Source of the DNA: an uncultured Planctomycetaceae bacterium | GTDB lineage: Bacteria > Planctomycetota > Planctomycetia > Pirellulales > PNKZ01 | Direction of reading: 5' to 3' | Length of the DNA stretch: 64,000 nt | Assembly (NCBI GenBank): GCA_964652155.1 | Contig: CAZZBK010000010.1 | Coordinates: forward strand, 3,863 to 67,862 | Shown here: positions 9,720 through 19,418 of the stretch, piece after piece | Position numbering within the stretch: position 1 is the stretch's first letter | Layout: the number at the start of each line of letters is the position of its first letter | The notes under the pieces: model-generated | The model's database searches: none | What the model saw: the letters and a program-made list of their open reading frames with translations, nothing else | Told to the model about the DNA's origin: nothing | Made by a program: the position numbers and the translations under genes

Positions 9720-10733
9720 ATGAACATGAAACTGAATCTGCTTGGCGTGTTGTTATGGTTTGTCATGGCGGCGAGTTCAGCGCTCGGTGCCGACTACATC
9801 AGCTACGAGCCGCAGAGCGGGCCGGGGCTCAATAAGCACGTCGTGCTGCTGAGCGGCGATGAAGAGTATCGCAGCGAGGAAGGGTTGCCGATGCTGGCCA
9901 AAATCCTCAGCCAGAAGCATGGCTTCCGCTGTACGGTGCTCTTCTCGGTCGATGCCGATGGCACGATCAATCCGGACAAAAGCGACAGCCTCTCGCACAG
10001 CGAGGCGCTCGACTCGGCCGATGCGATCGTCATGCTGCTCCGCTTTCGCCGTTGGAGCGACGACGTCATGAAACGTTTTGAGACGGCCGTGCAGCGTGGC
10101 ATTCCAATCATCGGTCTGCGAACCAGCACGCATGCCTTCTCAGGCTTGAAAGGCACTTACGCCCATTACAACAATTTTGGCAAAGACGTGTTGGGCGAAC
10201 GCTGGGTCAGCCACTGGGGCGTGCACAAGAAAGAGGCCTGCCGCGGCATTGTCGAGCCGGGAGCCGAGAGCCATCCGCTGCTGCGGGGCGTGACCGACGT
10301 GTTTGCCGACAGCGACGTCTACGAGGCGGCCCCGCCCGCCGACGCCAAGATCATCATGCGCGGCCAGGTGCTCAAGGGGATGAGCCCCAACGATCCGCCG
10401 GCCGACTATCGCAAGAAACGCTCGGGCAGCAAAGACGAGCAAGGGATCAACGACCCGATGATGCCCGTCGTCTGGACCCGCGAGTTCAAGCACCCCACCG
10501 ACAAAACGAGTCGCGTGCTCTGCACCACGATGGGTGCCGCGACCGACTTGCAAAGCGAAGGCTTGCGTCGCCTGGTCGTGAACGGTGTCTACTGGGGCTT
10601 GGAGCTCGACGTGCCTGCAAAAGCCAACGTCGACTATGTCGATCCGTACCAGCCGACCATGTACGGCTTCAGGAGCTATCGCAAGGGACTCACAGCGGCC
10701 GATCACAAGCTCGGCAAGGTGTTGCCCCAATAG
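9720..10733 (+). CDS. secreted ThuA-like / class I glutamine-amidotransferase-like protein
   Basis: N-terminal signal peptide (LLGVLLWFVMAASSALGA). The HVVLLSGDEEYRS...IVMLLRFRRW...LRTSTHAF pattern resembles ThuA-like domains. Assignment is from memory of the family. Confidence 0.45.
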   Translation: MNMKLNLLGVLLWFVMAASSALGADYISYEPQSGPGLNKHVVLLSGDEEYRSEEGLPMLAKILSQKHGFRCTVLFSVDADGTINPDKSDSLSHSEALDSADAIVMLLRFRRWSDDVMKRFETAVQRGIPIIGLRTSTHAFSGLKGTYAHYNNFGKDVLGERWVSHWGVHKKEACRGIVEPGAESHPLLRGVTDVFADSDVYEAAPPADAKIIMRGQVLKGMSPNDPPADYRKKRSGSKDEQGINDPMMPVVWTREFKHPTDKTSRVLCTTMGAATDLQSEGLRRLVVNGVYWGLELDVPAKANVDYVDPYQPTMYGFRSYRKGLTAADHKLGKVLPQ

Positions 10734-10849
10734 CCGGTCCGAGATGGACCGGCTGTTACCAGCATAGCCGGTTCCTCAGGGACCGGTTGTTATCGGCATC
10801 GCGTGAGAACGCCGCTAAAATTACACGACCGGTCCGAGACGGACCGGCT
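10732..10849. repeat. array of three related GC-rich hairpin units (candidate bidirectional terminator / REP-like)
   Basis: agccggtcc-gagat-ggaccggct (10732-10754), agccggttcc-tca-gggaccggtt (10766-10788), accggtcc-gagac-ggaccgg (10828-10847), between convergent genes. Confidence 0.75.
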
Positions 10850-10858
10850 ATTGGAGTG

Positions 10859-11932
10859 TTACACCGTCGGGGGCGTGACCTTGAGCTTGGTCGCGCACTC
10901 GACGAGTTGTTTCCAGTTGCCATCGTCAAGCGGAATCCCCTTCGTGCCGCGCTCGGCCAACAGTCGTCGCTCGGGGTCGCCCGGCAATTGAATCTCGTTC
11001 ACACCCGGCACGGTGGGGCACGAACGAATGAACTCGACCAGCCCTGCGATCTCGGATGAGAAGTGTCCCGCCCCGCCAAGATGATCGGGATCGACAGCCA
11101 ACATGAACACGCAATTACCGTTCTGGCTACGGGGCTTCTCACGAATGGTGAACCCGCCCGAGAGCGCGCCAGCAAACACCTCGATCATCAAGCCCAGGCC
11201 AAATCCTTTGTACGCCTGATTGCCCCCCATGGGCAGGATGGTGCCGGGCGGATCAGCGTAGAGCGTGTTCGGATCGCACGTGGGCTTCCCTTCGCAGTCG
11301 AGCAACCACCCCTCGGGACATTGCTGACCGGCGATTTTTTTCACCCGCACTTTACCTTCGGCCGTGGCGCTGGTGCCGAAGTCGAGCACGATCGTCCCTT
11401 GCGGGCTCGGAACGCCAAACGCCAGCGGATTGGTCCCCAGTCGCGGCGCTTTGCCGCCGGGAGGGGCGACCCGGCGCGTGCAGCCGTGCGTGTTGACCAT
11501 GATGATCGAGACGAGCCCGGCGTCGGCGGCCTGATCGCAGTATTCGCCCAGCCGGCCGATGTGTCCGCTTTGTCGCAGGGTGCCGATACCGGTTCCTTGC
11601 TGCTTGGCTTTGCGAATGATCGCGTCCATCAGCTTGCGGGCTTGTGTCTGGCCGAAGCCCCAATGGCCATCGGCGACCAAGGTGGTGGCGGTTTCCTTGA
11701 CCACGGTGAACGGGGCGCTCGGAACGGTCTCCTTCTTGACGACCGTGTCGAGGTAGTACGGGATGCGCATCACGCCGTGCGAATCGTGGCCACGCAGGTT
11801 GGCTCCCACCAAGCTCTCGGCGACAAGCCGGGCCTCGTCGGCTCCAACTCCACCAGCTTGAAGCAGTTGGGTCGCAAAATGGGTCAGCGTGGTAGCAGAT
11901 ACGGTGGGCATCGTCGGGCAGACTCCGGTCAC
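10859..11932 (-). CDS. Ldh_2 family oxidoreductase (type-2 malate/L-lactate/sulfolactate dehydrogenase family)
   Basis: 357 aa. ANLRGHDSHGVMRIPYY motif and overall pattern characteristic of the Ldh_2 family. Confidence 0.8.
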   Translation of the reverse strand: MTGVCPTMPTVSATTLTHFATQLLQAGGVGADEARLVAESLVGANLRGHDSHGVMRIPYYLDTVVKKETVPSAPFTVVKETATTLVADGHWGFGQTQARKLMDAIIRKAKQQGTGIGTLRQSGHIGRLGEYCDQAADAGLVSIIMVNTHGCTRRVAPPGGKAPRLGTNPLAFGVPSPQGTIVLDFGTSATAEGKVRVKKIAGQQCPEGWLLDCEGKPTCDPNTLYADPPGTILPMGGNQAYKGFGLGLMIEVFAGALSGGFTIREKPRSQNGNCVFMLAVDPDHLGGAGHFSSEIAGLVEFIRSCPTVPGVNEIQLPGDPERRLLAERGTKGIPLDDGNWKQLVECATKLKVTPPTV

Positions 11933-12181
11933 AACGAGGGGGGATGGATGATCGATTTCAGCCGATTTTAAGTCCTACGGGGCGAGTCTGCGAGCGGGGG
12001 CGCAAAATTCTGCTCAGTATTAGCTGGGTAAATACTTGTAAGCCTTAACCTTTTACGCCTTTACGACCGATAACGACTGCGAAATAATAGCGCCGCAGGC
12101 AAGCTGCGCCCGCATCCCCTGAATATGCGGTCATAATTGATCGATTGGCCAGCTCGACGTGGATTACCGGAGAACTGCCGC

Positions 12182-14869
12182 ATGGCACAGGTTGAAACCT
12201 CAGCCCCCCAGAGAGTGGACATCGACCCAGCCGAGACCGCCGAATGGCTCGAGTCGCTGCAATATGTGATCAAGGCCAAGGGGAAGGAACGCGCGAGCTA
12301 TTTGCTCCGCATCCTCGACGAGAACGCGGCCCGGCAGGGGGTCGAAATCCCCTTCTCGATCACCACCCCCTACGTCAACACGATCCCCGCCGACCAGCAG
12401 CCGCAGTTCCCAGGCAACCGCGAACTCGAACGGCGCATCAAGAGCATCATTCGCTGGAACGCCATGGCGATGGTCGTCCGCGCGAACAAAAACGACTACG
12501 GTCTCGGCGGACACATCAGCACGTTCGCCTCAAGCGCCACGCTCTACGAAATTGGCTACAACCATTTCTTCCGCGGCAAGGGCGAGAACAGTTCGGGCGA
12601 CCAGATTTATTTTCAGGGGCATGCCTCGCCGGGCATGTACTCGCGGGCGTTTCTCGAAGGCCGCATCAGTGAAGCGCAACTCGTCAACTTTCGCCAAGAG
12701 ATGGCCCCCGGCGGCGGCTTGTCGAGCTACCCGCACCCCTGGCTCATGCCGGACTTTTGGGAGTTCCCCACCGTCTCGATGGGCCTCGGACCCATCATGG
12801 CCATCTATCAGGCGCGTTTCAACAAGTACCTGGCCGACCGCGGCATTAAAGACACCAGCGGTCAAAAGGTTTGGGCGTTCCTTGGCGATGGCGAGTGCGA
12901 CGAGCCCGAATCGCTTGGCGCGATCACGCTCGCGGCCCGCGAACAGCTCGATAATTTGATCTTCGTCATCAACTGCAACTTGCAACGCCTCGACGGGCCC
13001 GTGCGCGGCAACGGCAAGATCATTCAAGAGCTCGAAGGGGCCTTCCGCGGCGCGGGCTGGAACGTCATCAAGGTCGTTTGGGGCGAAGACTGGGAACCGC
13101 TCCTCGAACGCGATACGACCGGCGCACTCGTCGAACGGATGGGCGAAGTCGTCGATGGTGAGTACCAGAAATACGTCGTCAGCGATGGCGCGTACATCCG
13201 CGAGCATTTCTTCGGCAAGAGCCCCGAGTTGCTCGAACTTGTCTCGCACCTGAGCGACGAAAAGCTCCGCACGCTCAAGCGCGGCGGCCACGATCCCGAG
13301 AAGGTCTACGCCGCCTACAAATGGGCGACCGACAACCACAACGGCAAGCCGACGGTCATTCTCGCCAAAACGATCAAGGGCTACGGGCTGGGCGAGGCCG
13401 GAGAAGGCCGCAACACCACGCATCAACAAAAGAAGGTCAACGAAAACGAGCTGCGCGAGTTCCGCAGCCGTTTTGGCATTCCGATCTCGGACGAGGACGT
13501 CGTCAAGGCGCCGTTTTATCGCCCGGCCGAGGACAGCCCCGAAATGCAATACCTGCGGGCGCGTCGCGAAGCGCTCGGTGGCCCGGTCCCTTCGCGGCCC
13601 ACGGTCCACCCGACGATGATCATTCCTCCCAACAGCGACTTTGCCGATTCGTTCACATCGAGCGAAGATCGCGAAGTGTCGACGACGATGGCGTTCGTCA
13701 AGCACTTTGCTCGGCTGCTCAAGGACAAGAATATCGGCAAGCACATTGTGCCGATTGTGCCCGACGAGTCGCGCACCTTTGGCATGGACCCGCTCTTCCG
13801 TCAGTGCGGCATTTACGCCCACACGGGCCAATTGTACGAACCGGTCGACAGCGACAACTTCCTGTACTACCGCGAGGCCAAGGACGGGCAGATCTTCGAG
13901 GAAGGGATCACCGAGGCGGGCTCGATGGCGTCGTTCATCGCGGCGGGCACCTCGTACTCGACTCACGGCGTCAACATGATTCCGTTCTACGTGTACTACT
14001 CGATGTTCGGCTTCCAGCGGATCGGCGACCTGGTTTGGGCCGCGGCCGACATGCGCTGCAAGGGCTTTATGCTCGGCGGCACGGCGGGTCGCACGACGCT
14101 CAACGGTGAAGTCTTGCAGCACCAGGATGGCCACAGCCACCTGATCGCCTCGGCCTTTCCGACCGTTCGCGCCTACGACCCGGCGTTCGCTTACGAGACC
14201 GCGGTGATCGTCATGGACGGCCTGCGTGAATTGTACGAGCGGGGTGCCGAGTGCATTTACTACATCACGCTGCACAATGAGAACTACCGCATGCCGGCCA
14301 TGCCCGCCGGAGCCGAAGAAGGCATCGTTCGAGGCATGTACAAGTTCAGCACTGTCGATGCCGGTGCCAACTCGCCGCGCGTGCAATTGTTCGGCAGCGG
14401 CGCCATCCTGCGCGAGGCCATCCGCGCCAGCGAGATTCTTGCCACCAAGTACGGTGTCTCAAGCAACGTTTGGAGCGTCACCAGCTACAAGACGTTGTGC
14501 AAAGAAGCGCACGCTTGCGAGCACTGGAATCTGTTCCATCCGAACGAGACGCCGCGTCGTTCGTACCTTGAGCAAGTGCTCGAAGGGGAGCAAGGCCCGT
14601 TCATCGCCACGAGCGACAACGTGCGGTTGGTCTCCGAGCAGATTACCCGTTGGGTCCCCGGCGGCTTGTATGCCCTGGGCACCGACGGGCTTGGCCGCAG
14701 CGATACTCGCGAGCGGCTCCGTCGGCACTTCGAGATCGACGCCGAATGCGTCACGATTGCCGCGCTCAGTCAGTTGGCCCAGCGTGGTCTGTTTGACCGA
14801 GGGCGACTCTCTGCCGCCGTCCGCGAGTTGAGCATCGATCCCGAAAAAGCCGATCCGCTGTTCTCGTAG
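12182..14869 (+). CDS. aceE: pyruvate dehydrogenase E1 component, homodimeric type
   Basis: About 895 aa from MAQVETS. DPAETAEWLESL N-terminus and the TPP-binding region GDGECDEPESLGAI are typical of AceE. Confidence 0.92.
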   Translation: MAQVETSAPQRVDIDPAETAEWLESLQYVIKAKGKERASYLLRILDENAARQGVEIPFSITTPYVNTIPADQQPQFPGNRELERRIKSIIRWNAMAMVVRANKNDYGLGGHISTFASSATLYEIGYNHFFRGKGENSSGDQIYFQGHASPGMYSRAFLEGRISEAQLVNFRQEMAPGGGLSSYPHPWLMPDFWEFPTVSMGLGPIMAIYQARFNKYLADRGIKDTSGQKVWAFLGDGECDEPESLGAITLAAREQLDNLIFVINCNLQRLDGPVRGNGKIIQELEGAFRGAGWNVIKVVWGEDWEPLLERDTTGALVERMGEVVDGEYQKYVVSDGAYIREHFFGKSPELLELVSHLSDEKLRTLKRGGHDPEKVYAAYKWATDNHNGKPTVILAKTIKGYGLGEAGEGRNTTHQQKKVNENELREFRSRFGIPISDEDVVKAPFYRPAEDSPEMQYLRARREALGGPVPSRPTVHPTMIIPPNSDFADSFTSSEDREVSTTMAFVKHFARLLKDKNIGKHIVPIVPDESRTFGMDPLFRQCGIYAHTGQLYEPVDSDNFLYYREAKDGQIFEEGITEAGSMASFIAAGTSYSTHGVNMIPFYVYYSMFGFQRIGDLVWAAADMRCKGFMLGGTAGRTTLNGEVLQHQDGHSHLIASAFPTVRAYDPAFAYETAVIVMDGLRELYERGAECIYYITLHNENYRMPAMPAGAEEGIVRGMYKFSTVDAGANSPRVQLFGSGAILREAIRASEILATKYGVSSNVWSVTSYKTLCKEAHACEHWNLFHPNETPRRSYLEQVLEGEQGPFIATSDNVRLVSEQITRWVPGGLYALGTDGLGRSDTRERLRRHFEIDAECVTIAALSQLAQRGLFDRGRLSAAVRELSIDPEKADPLFS

Positions 14870-15003
14870 CAGAAGGGGTGAGGGATGTGGGGCGCGGGTT
14901 GAGTTCAGGATCAATTTGTTAGCCGCGACGAGATAAGCGGGACGCATAAACCTAAATCGACACTGAAAGTCTGCTAGTTCAACATACGTGAGTGGAGTGA
15001 GTG

Positions 15004-16320
15004 ATGGCCATTGATTTCAAGCTCCCCAACCTGGGCGAAAATATCGCCGCCGGCGACGTCACCAACGTCATGGTCAAAGAAGGGGACGTGATTAGCGCCA
15101 ATCAACCGGTCGTCGAGGTCGAGACCGGCAAGGCCACGGTCGAGATTCCTTGCCCGCACGCGGGCAAGATCGTCAAGGTGCACGTTAAGAGCGGCCAGAG
15201 CGTCCCCATCGGCGGCGTGATTGTCAGCGTCGAGGCTGGTGTCGCGGCCCCGGCTGCGCCCTCGACGCCGGCCCCGGCCGCCAAGCCCGCGCCTGCCGCG
15301 GCAGCTTCCAAGGCCGCGCCGGCCCCTGTGTCGGCTCCGGTCGCAGCCGCGCCGGCTCCCGTGCAGCCCGTCGCCGCCAGTGCGCCGACGCTCGACGACG
15401 ATGCGAACGTGGCCCCGGCCGGCCCCTCGGTTCGCCGCTTGGCTCGTGAGCTGGGGATCGATATCGCCCGCGTGGCCGGCACCGGCCCCAACGGTCGCAT
15501 TACCCGCGAGGACGTGGTCTCGGCCGTGCGACATCAAGCCACCAGCGCACCGGCCCATTCGCAACGCACCACCGCCGGCGTCGTGCCCGAAGGGGTCGAG
15601 TCGCGCGACAACTTCGGTGTCGTCCGTCGTCAAGCGCTGCCGCGCATTCGCAAGACGATCGCGGCCAATATGGTCCTTTCGTCGCAATCGATTCCGCACG
15701 TCACCAACTTTGACGATGCCGATATCAGCGAACTCGAGCGCATGCGTAAAGCCAGCTTGGACGACTACGCCCGCCGCGGTCTCAAGCTCACGATGATGCC
15801 CTTCGTGATGAAGGCGGTTGCCCAGGCCTTGCGGCTGCACCCGCTGATCAACGCCTCGCTCGACATGGAGCGCGACGAGATCGTGTACAAGGAATACGTC
15901 AACCTGGGCGTGGCCGTCGATACCGATCGCGGACTCGTGGTGCCGGTCGTTCGCGACGTCGATCGTCAATCGATTCCCGCGATTGCCGAGGCGCTCGCCG
16001 ACATTGCCGAGCGTGCCAAGGCGAACAAGTTCAAGATCGAAGACCAGCAAGGAGGTACGTTCACGATCAGCAACCTGGGGGCCATCGGCGGCACCTATTC
16101 GACGCCGATCATCAACCCGCCGCAGGTCGCCATCCTGCTCATCGGCCGCTCCCGAAAAATGCCCGTCGTGACCGACGAGGGGCACATCGAAGCTCGGCTC
16201 ATGATGCCGCTGTCGCTCTCGTACGATCACCGACTTGTTGACGGCGCGGCGGCCGCGCGGTTCCTCAACGAAGTGAAGGGGTATCTGCAAGTCCCCGGCC
16301 GGCTGCTCTTGGCCCAGTAA
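15004..16320 (+). CDS. aceF: dihydrolipoamide acetyltransferase (PDH E2)
   Basis: One lipoyl domain (VETGKATVEIP), Ala/Pro-rich linker, E3-binding domain (PSVRRLARELGIDIARVAGTGPNGRITREDV) and catalytic DHRLVDGA. GGAG lies 6 nt upstream of ATG 15004. Confidence 0.88.
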   Translation: MAIDFKLPNLGENIAAGDVTNVMVKEGDVISANQPVVEVETGKATVEIPCPHAGKIVKVHVKSGQSVPIGGVIVSVEAGVAAPAAPSTPAPAAKPAPAAAASKAAPAPVSAPVAAAPAPVQPVAASAPTLDDDANVAPAGPSVRRLARELGIDIARVAGTGPNGRITREDVVSAVRHQATSAPAHSQRTTAGVVPEGVESRDNFGVVRRQALPRIRKTIAANMVLSSQSIPHVTNFDDADISELERMRKASLDDYARRGLKLTMMPFVMKAVAQALRLHPLINASLDMERDEIVYKEYVNLGVAVDTDRGLVVPVVRDVDRQSIPAIAEALADIAERAKANKFKIEDQQGGTFTISNLGAIGGTYSTPIINPPQVAILLIGRSRKMPVVTDEGHIEARLMMPLSLSYDHRLVDGAAAARFLNEVKGYLQVPGRLLLAQ

Positions 16321-16368
16321 CATCGAATCGGTCGTGGTTGGTCGTCATGTCGTTTTGACGTGATCGAC

Positions 16369-19323
16369 TTACCGCGGCGCGCCGAGCGGCACTTGGCCAT
16401 CGAGATAACGCCAGTTCTTGAGGAACGCGATCACGTCAGCCATCTCTTGCCGCGTGACGTTACGCTCGAGCCCCTCGGGCATCAGCGAGACACCGTTGGA
16501 TTGCATCGCGTCGATATTCGAGCGGAGCAGCGGCAGGACTTTTCCCTCGGGCAGCTTGAGCGTGACACTGTTGCCGGTCTCGGCCGTCACGATGCCGACG
16601 AGCGTAACGCCGTCCGTGGTTATCACGGTGTAGCTCTGGTAATTGTTGTCGATCGCCTTGTTGGGCTGCAAAATGTCGGTCAGCAGTTGCTCGGGCGTTT
16701 TGGTGCGTGTGTCGCCGATGCTGGGCCCAACGTCGACACCGATATCGCCGATGCGATGACAGGTCGTGCAATTCTTGCGAAAGACTTCGCGACCACGTTG
16801 GGCATTCGAGGCGAGCGTGAGCGACTCTTGATAATCGGCTAGTGCCTTGGCACGATCGGCTGGCAGCGCCGCGGCTAGGATGCCCCGGGCCCGCTCGACG
16901 ATGCGTGGGTCGCGATGTTTGAGCAAGCGCGTGGCTCGGGTCGTGTCGATCGCCGTGGCTTTCATCCGGCCCCCCGCAATTTCATCGAGCAGGGCTTCGA
17001 TTCGCTCACTCTGGGCGAGCAACGCATCGAGCAACGCACTGCGGACGGCCGGCGTCTGCAACGAGAGCTGTTGCAGCAAGAGCGTGTTGATGGATGGATC
17101 GCGATGGGCCGCGAGCGAGTTGACCGCGCGAATGCGTAGCTCCTGCGGATCGCCCGACCGAGCCAACTCGCTCAACACGCTGCCGACGTCGGCATAGTCG
17201 CCATGCGCGAGCAACTCGCAGGCCACGAGGCGCAGCGGCAAGGTTTGGTTTGTTTGAGGGGCCATTTGAGCCGCGGCGCGCAGCCAAGCCTGAATCGACG
17301 CGCTGCTGCTCGACGACCTTTTCGCCAAATCCGACAGAGACATCCCTCCCATCTTCAGACCGCGCGCCAACCCCAAGGCCGCAAACAACTGGACCGTCTC
17401 GGGCTGCTTGTCGAGCGCGACGGCCATCGCATGCACTTCGCTCGTGTCATGCCGCGTGCCAATGAGTTGAGCCAACTCTTGCACCAGTGCCAACGTTTCG
17501 ACCGTGGAATCTGTGGTGCTCGTCATCCGCGACAGTATTTCGCCAAGTACGCCGCCAGCGCGATCGGTGAGCCCGGTTTGCACGGCGCGACGGGTCCAGG
17601 TATCTCCTGCGCCGGCCAACGCGACTGCGGCCAGGGCCTGTTCGACATCGCGGCCTGCGAGCCCGCCCAGGGTGAGCGCCGCTTGAAAGCGCACTCGCGG
17701 ATCCGTGTCAGCAGCCCGCTTAACGACCGCGCCGCGCAAGCTGCTCGAATCGTTCAATCGCGTCTCGGCAAGCACGAGTGCCTGTTCGCGCACGCCCGGT
17801 TCGGCGTCGTCGAGCGCCAACAGAATCATTCGCTCGCTCAGTGCATTGAGCCCTTGCAAGGTCCAGAGCGCGTGCGAGCGGGCTTGCGGCAGGGTCGCTT
17901 CCATCACGAGCGTTTCGAGCCCGCTCACGATACTCAAGTCTTGCCGCTCGAAGAGCAACCGCTGGGCGGTCTCGCGCCACCAGGCGTTTTCGTGCGACAA
18001 GAGACCCACAAGGTGCTTGGTCGCGACCTGTGAGAGGGTGAGTTGATAGTTGGGGCGAACATGATCCTTCGCTACGATCCGATAGATTCGACCTCGATCG
18101 TCGCCCAGCCGCAAGTCGGGTCGATTCTGCAATTCGGTCGGCATGAATTGAGGATGCTCGATCACGGCTCGATACATGTCGACCAGGTACAGCGCGCCAT
18201 CGGGCCCGGCGTCGATATTCACGGGCCGAAACCAATCATCGCGCGAAGCGAGCCACTCGCGATCGGTGAACGAAGGCTTGGCGGCGAAGGTGGCCCCGGC
18301 GGGCGAGACGACTTCGCGATGGACCAGGTTGCCCGTCGGCTCACAGGTGAACGAATTGTTGCGGTAGCCACTCGGGAGCGCATCACCGCGGTAGTAGTCG
18401 ATGCCACAGGCGGCGGTGAACTGTCCGGCATGTAAATTCGAAGTGGTCCAGGCAGCCGTAAGTGGAAACACGCGCGACAACTCACCGGCCGCGGCCACGT
18501 CATGAACCAGCGTGGGAATCGCAAGCAGCTTGTTACGATTCACATACCGATCGGCCAGCACGACGTGCATGAACGGGTTACGGTTGCTGACCACAAAGCG
18601 CCGGCCATAATCGTCGAACGTCACGCCAAACTGTCCGCTGCCGCCTATCGACTCGGCCCGCAGTGTATGCGGATCGAAGCGAAAATCGCGGCTGGCGATC
18701 GAGATCGGCGGCTGTTTCGGATCGCGGGCATTGACGACGTTGCCGCCACGCAGGCCCGAAGCGACATACAGTCGATTGTCGAGTGCGAGCCGCGGATGAT
18801 TCACGCGCAGTTGGGGATTTTCCTCGGTAAAGCCCGTGAACCAGGTCTCGCTCACATCGGCCCGATGATCACCGTCGCTGTCGCGCAGATAGACGATTTT
18901 GCCACTGAGGGTGACGAGGATGCCCCCTTTCCATGGTTGCACGCCGGTCGCGAATAGCAAGTTTTCGGCGAACACGTGAGCCGTCTCGTAATGGCCATCG
19001 CCGTTGCGATCTTCGAGCAGCTTGATTTTGGAGCGGGGCGGACTGCCGTCGGTCGGCGGGTGCGGATAGTCGCGCATCTCGACGACCCATAGCCGGCCGT
19101 CTTCGTCGAAACGAGCCGCGACGGGGTCGACCACTTGAGGCTCGTGCGCGACCAACTCGATGCGGACATCGTCACCGATCACGAAGTGCTTGAGCGACTC
19201 GGCCGGAGTGACAGGGCTGGCAACTTTGGCTGTCGCGCTCGCTTGCGGTTGAGCGCCGAGCGCCGCAGGCATGAGTCCGCACCACGAGCAGATCAGCAAC
19301 CATGAAATACGTCGCAAGACCAT
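16369..19323 (-). CDS. PVC-type heme-binding protein: dehydrogenase-like beta-propeller + HEAT repeats + C-terminal cytochrome c
   Basis: Signal peptide. EDRNGDGHYETAHVFAENLLFATGV block (membrane-bound-dehydrogenase-like domain), HEAT-like helical repeats, single CTTCH heme motif near the C-terminus. Confidence 0.8.
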   Translation of the reverse strand: MVLRRISWLLICSWCGLMPAALGAQPQASATAKVASPVTPAESLKHFVIGDDVRIELVAHEPQVVDPVAARFDEDGRLWVVEMRDYPHPPTDGSPPRSKIKLLEDRNGDGHYETAHVFAENLLFATGVQPWKGGILVTLSGKIVYLRDSDGDHRADVSETWFTGFTEENPQLRVNHPRLALDNRLYVASGLRGGNVVNARDPKQPPISIASRDFRFDPHTLRAESIGGSGQFGVTFDDYGRRFVVSNRNPFMHVVLADRYVNRNKLLAIPTLVHDVAAAGELSRVFPLTAAWTTSNLHAGQFTAACGIDYYRGDALPSGYRNNSFTCEPTGNLVHREVVSPAGATFAAKPSFTDREWLASRDDWFRPVNIDAGPDGALYLVDMYRAVIEHPQFMPTELQNRPDLRLGDDRGRIYRIVAKDHVRPNYQLTLSQVATKHLVGLLSHENAWWRETAQRLLFERQDLSIVSGLETLVMEATLPQARSHALWTLQGLNALSERMILLALDDAEPGVREQALVLAETRLNDSSSLRGAVVKRAADTDPRVRFQAALTLGGLAGRDVEQALAAVALAGAGDTWTRRAVQTGLTDRAGGVLGEILSRMTSTTDSTVETLALVQELAQLIGTRHDTSEVHAMAVALDKQPETVQLFAALGLARGLKMGGMSLSDLAKRSSSSSASIQAWLRAAAQMAPQTNQTLPLRLVACELLAHGDYADVGSVLSELARSGDPQELRIRAVNSLAAHRDPSINTLLLQQLSLQTPAVRSALLDALLAQSERIEALLDEIAGGRMKATAIDTTRATRLLKHRDPRIVERARGILAAALPADRAKALADYQESLTLASNAQRGREVFRKNCTTCHRIGDIGVDVGPSIGDTRTKTPEQLLTDILQPNKAIDNNYQSYTVITTDGVTLVGIVTAETGNSVTLKLPEGKVLPLLRSNIDAMQSNGVSLMPEGLERNVTRQEMADVIAFLKNWRYLDGQVPLGAPR

Positions 19324-19346
19324 GAGCAGACGACCTCGTTAAACGA

Positions 19347-19386
19347 CTCGGGCGTCGCCATCCACCCAAGGATTGCGACGCCCGAG
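19347..19386 (-). terminator. intercistronic hairpin between the Gfo/Idh/MocA gene and the heme-protein gene
   Basis: Perfect 12-bp stem ctcgggcgtcgc / gcgacgcccgag with a 16-nt loop. On the minus strand it is followed by tcgtttaa. Only a partial U-tract, so function (terminator, attenuator or processing site) is uncertain. Confidence 0.4.
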
Positions 19387-19418
19387 ATTATAAACCGAGA
19401 CGGAATTCAAATCCGCCC

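Noticed and set aside
12530-14386. 618-aa minus-strand ORF inside aceE
   Set aside because: Same shadow-frame pattern. The aceE frame carries all the conserved motifs.
15230-15400. Ala/Pro-rich repetitive DNA (GVAAPAAPSTPAPAAKPAPAAAASKAAPAPVSAPVAAAPAPV) considered as a tandem repeat or mobile remnant
   Set aside because: It is the standard flexible linker between the lipoyl and E3-binding domains of E2 acyltransferases.
14974-16323. 449-aa minus-strand ORF exactly mirroring the E2 gene
   Set aside because: Shadow frame. The E2 frame has lipoyl, E3-binding and DHRLVDGA catalytic motifs.
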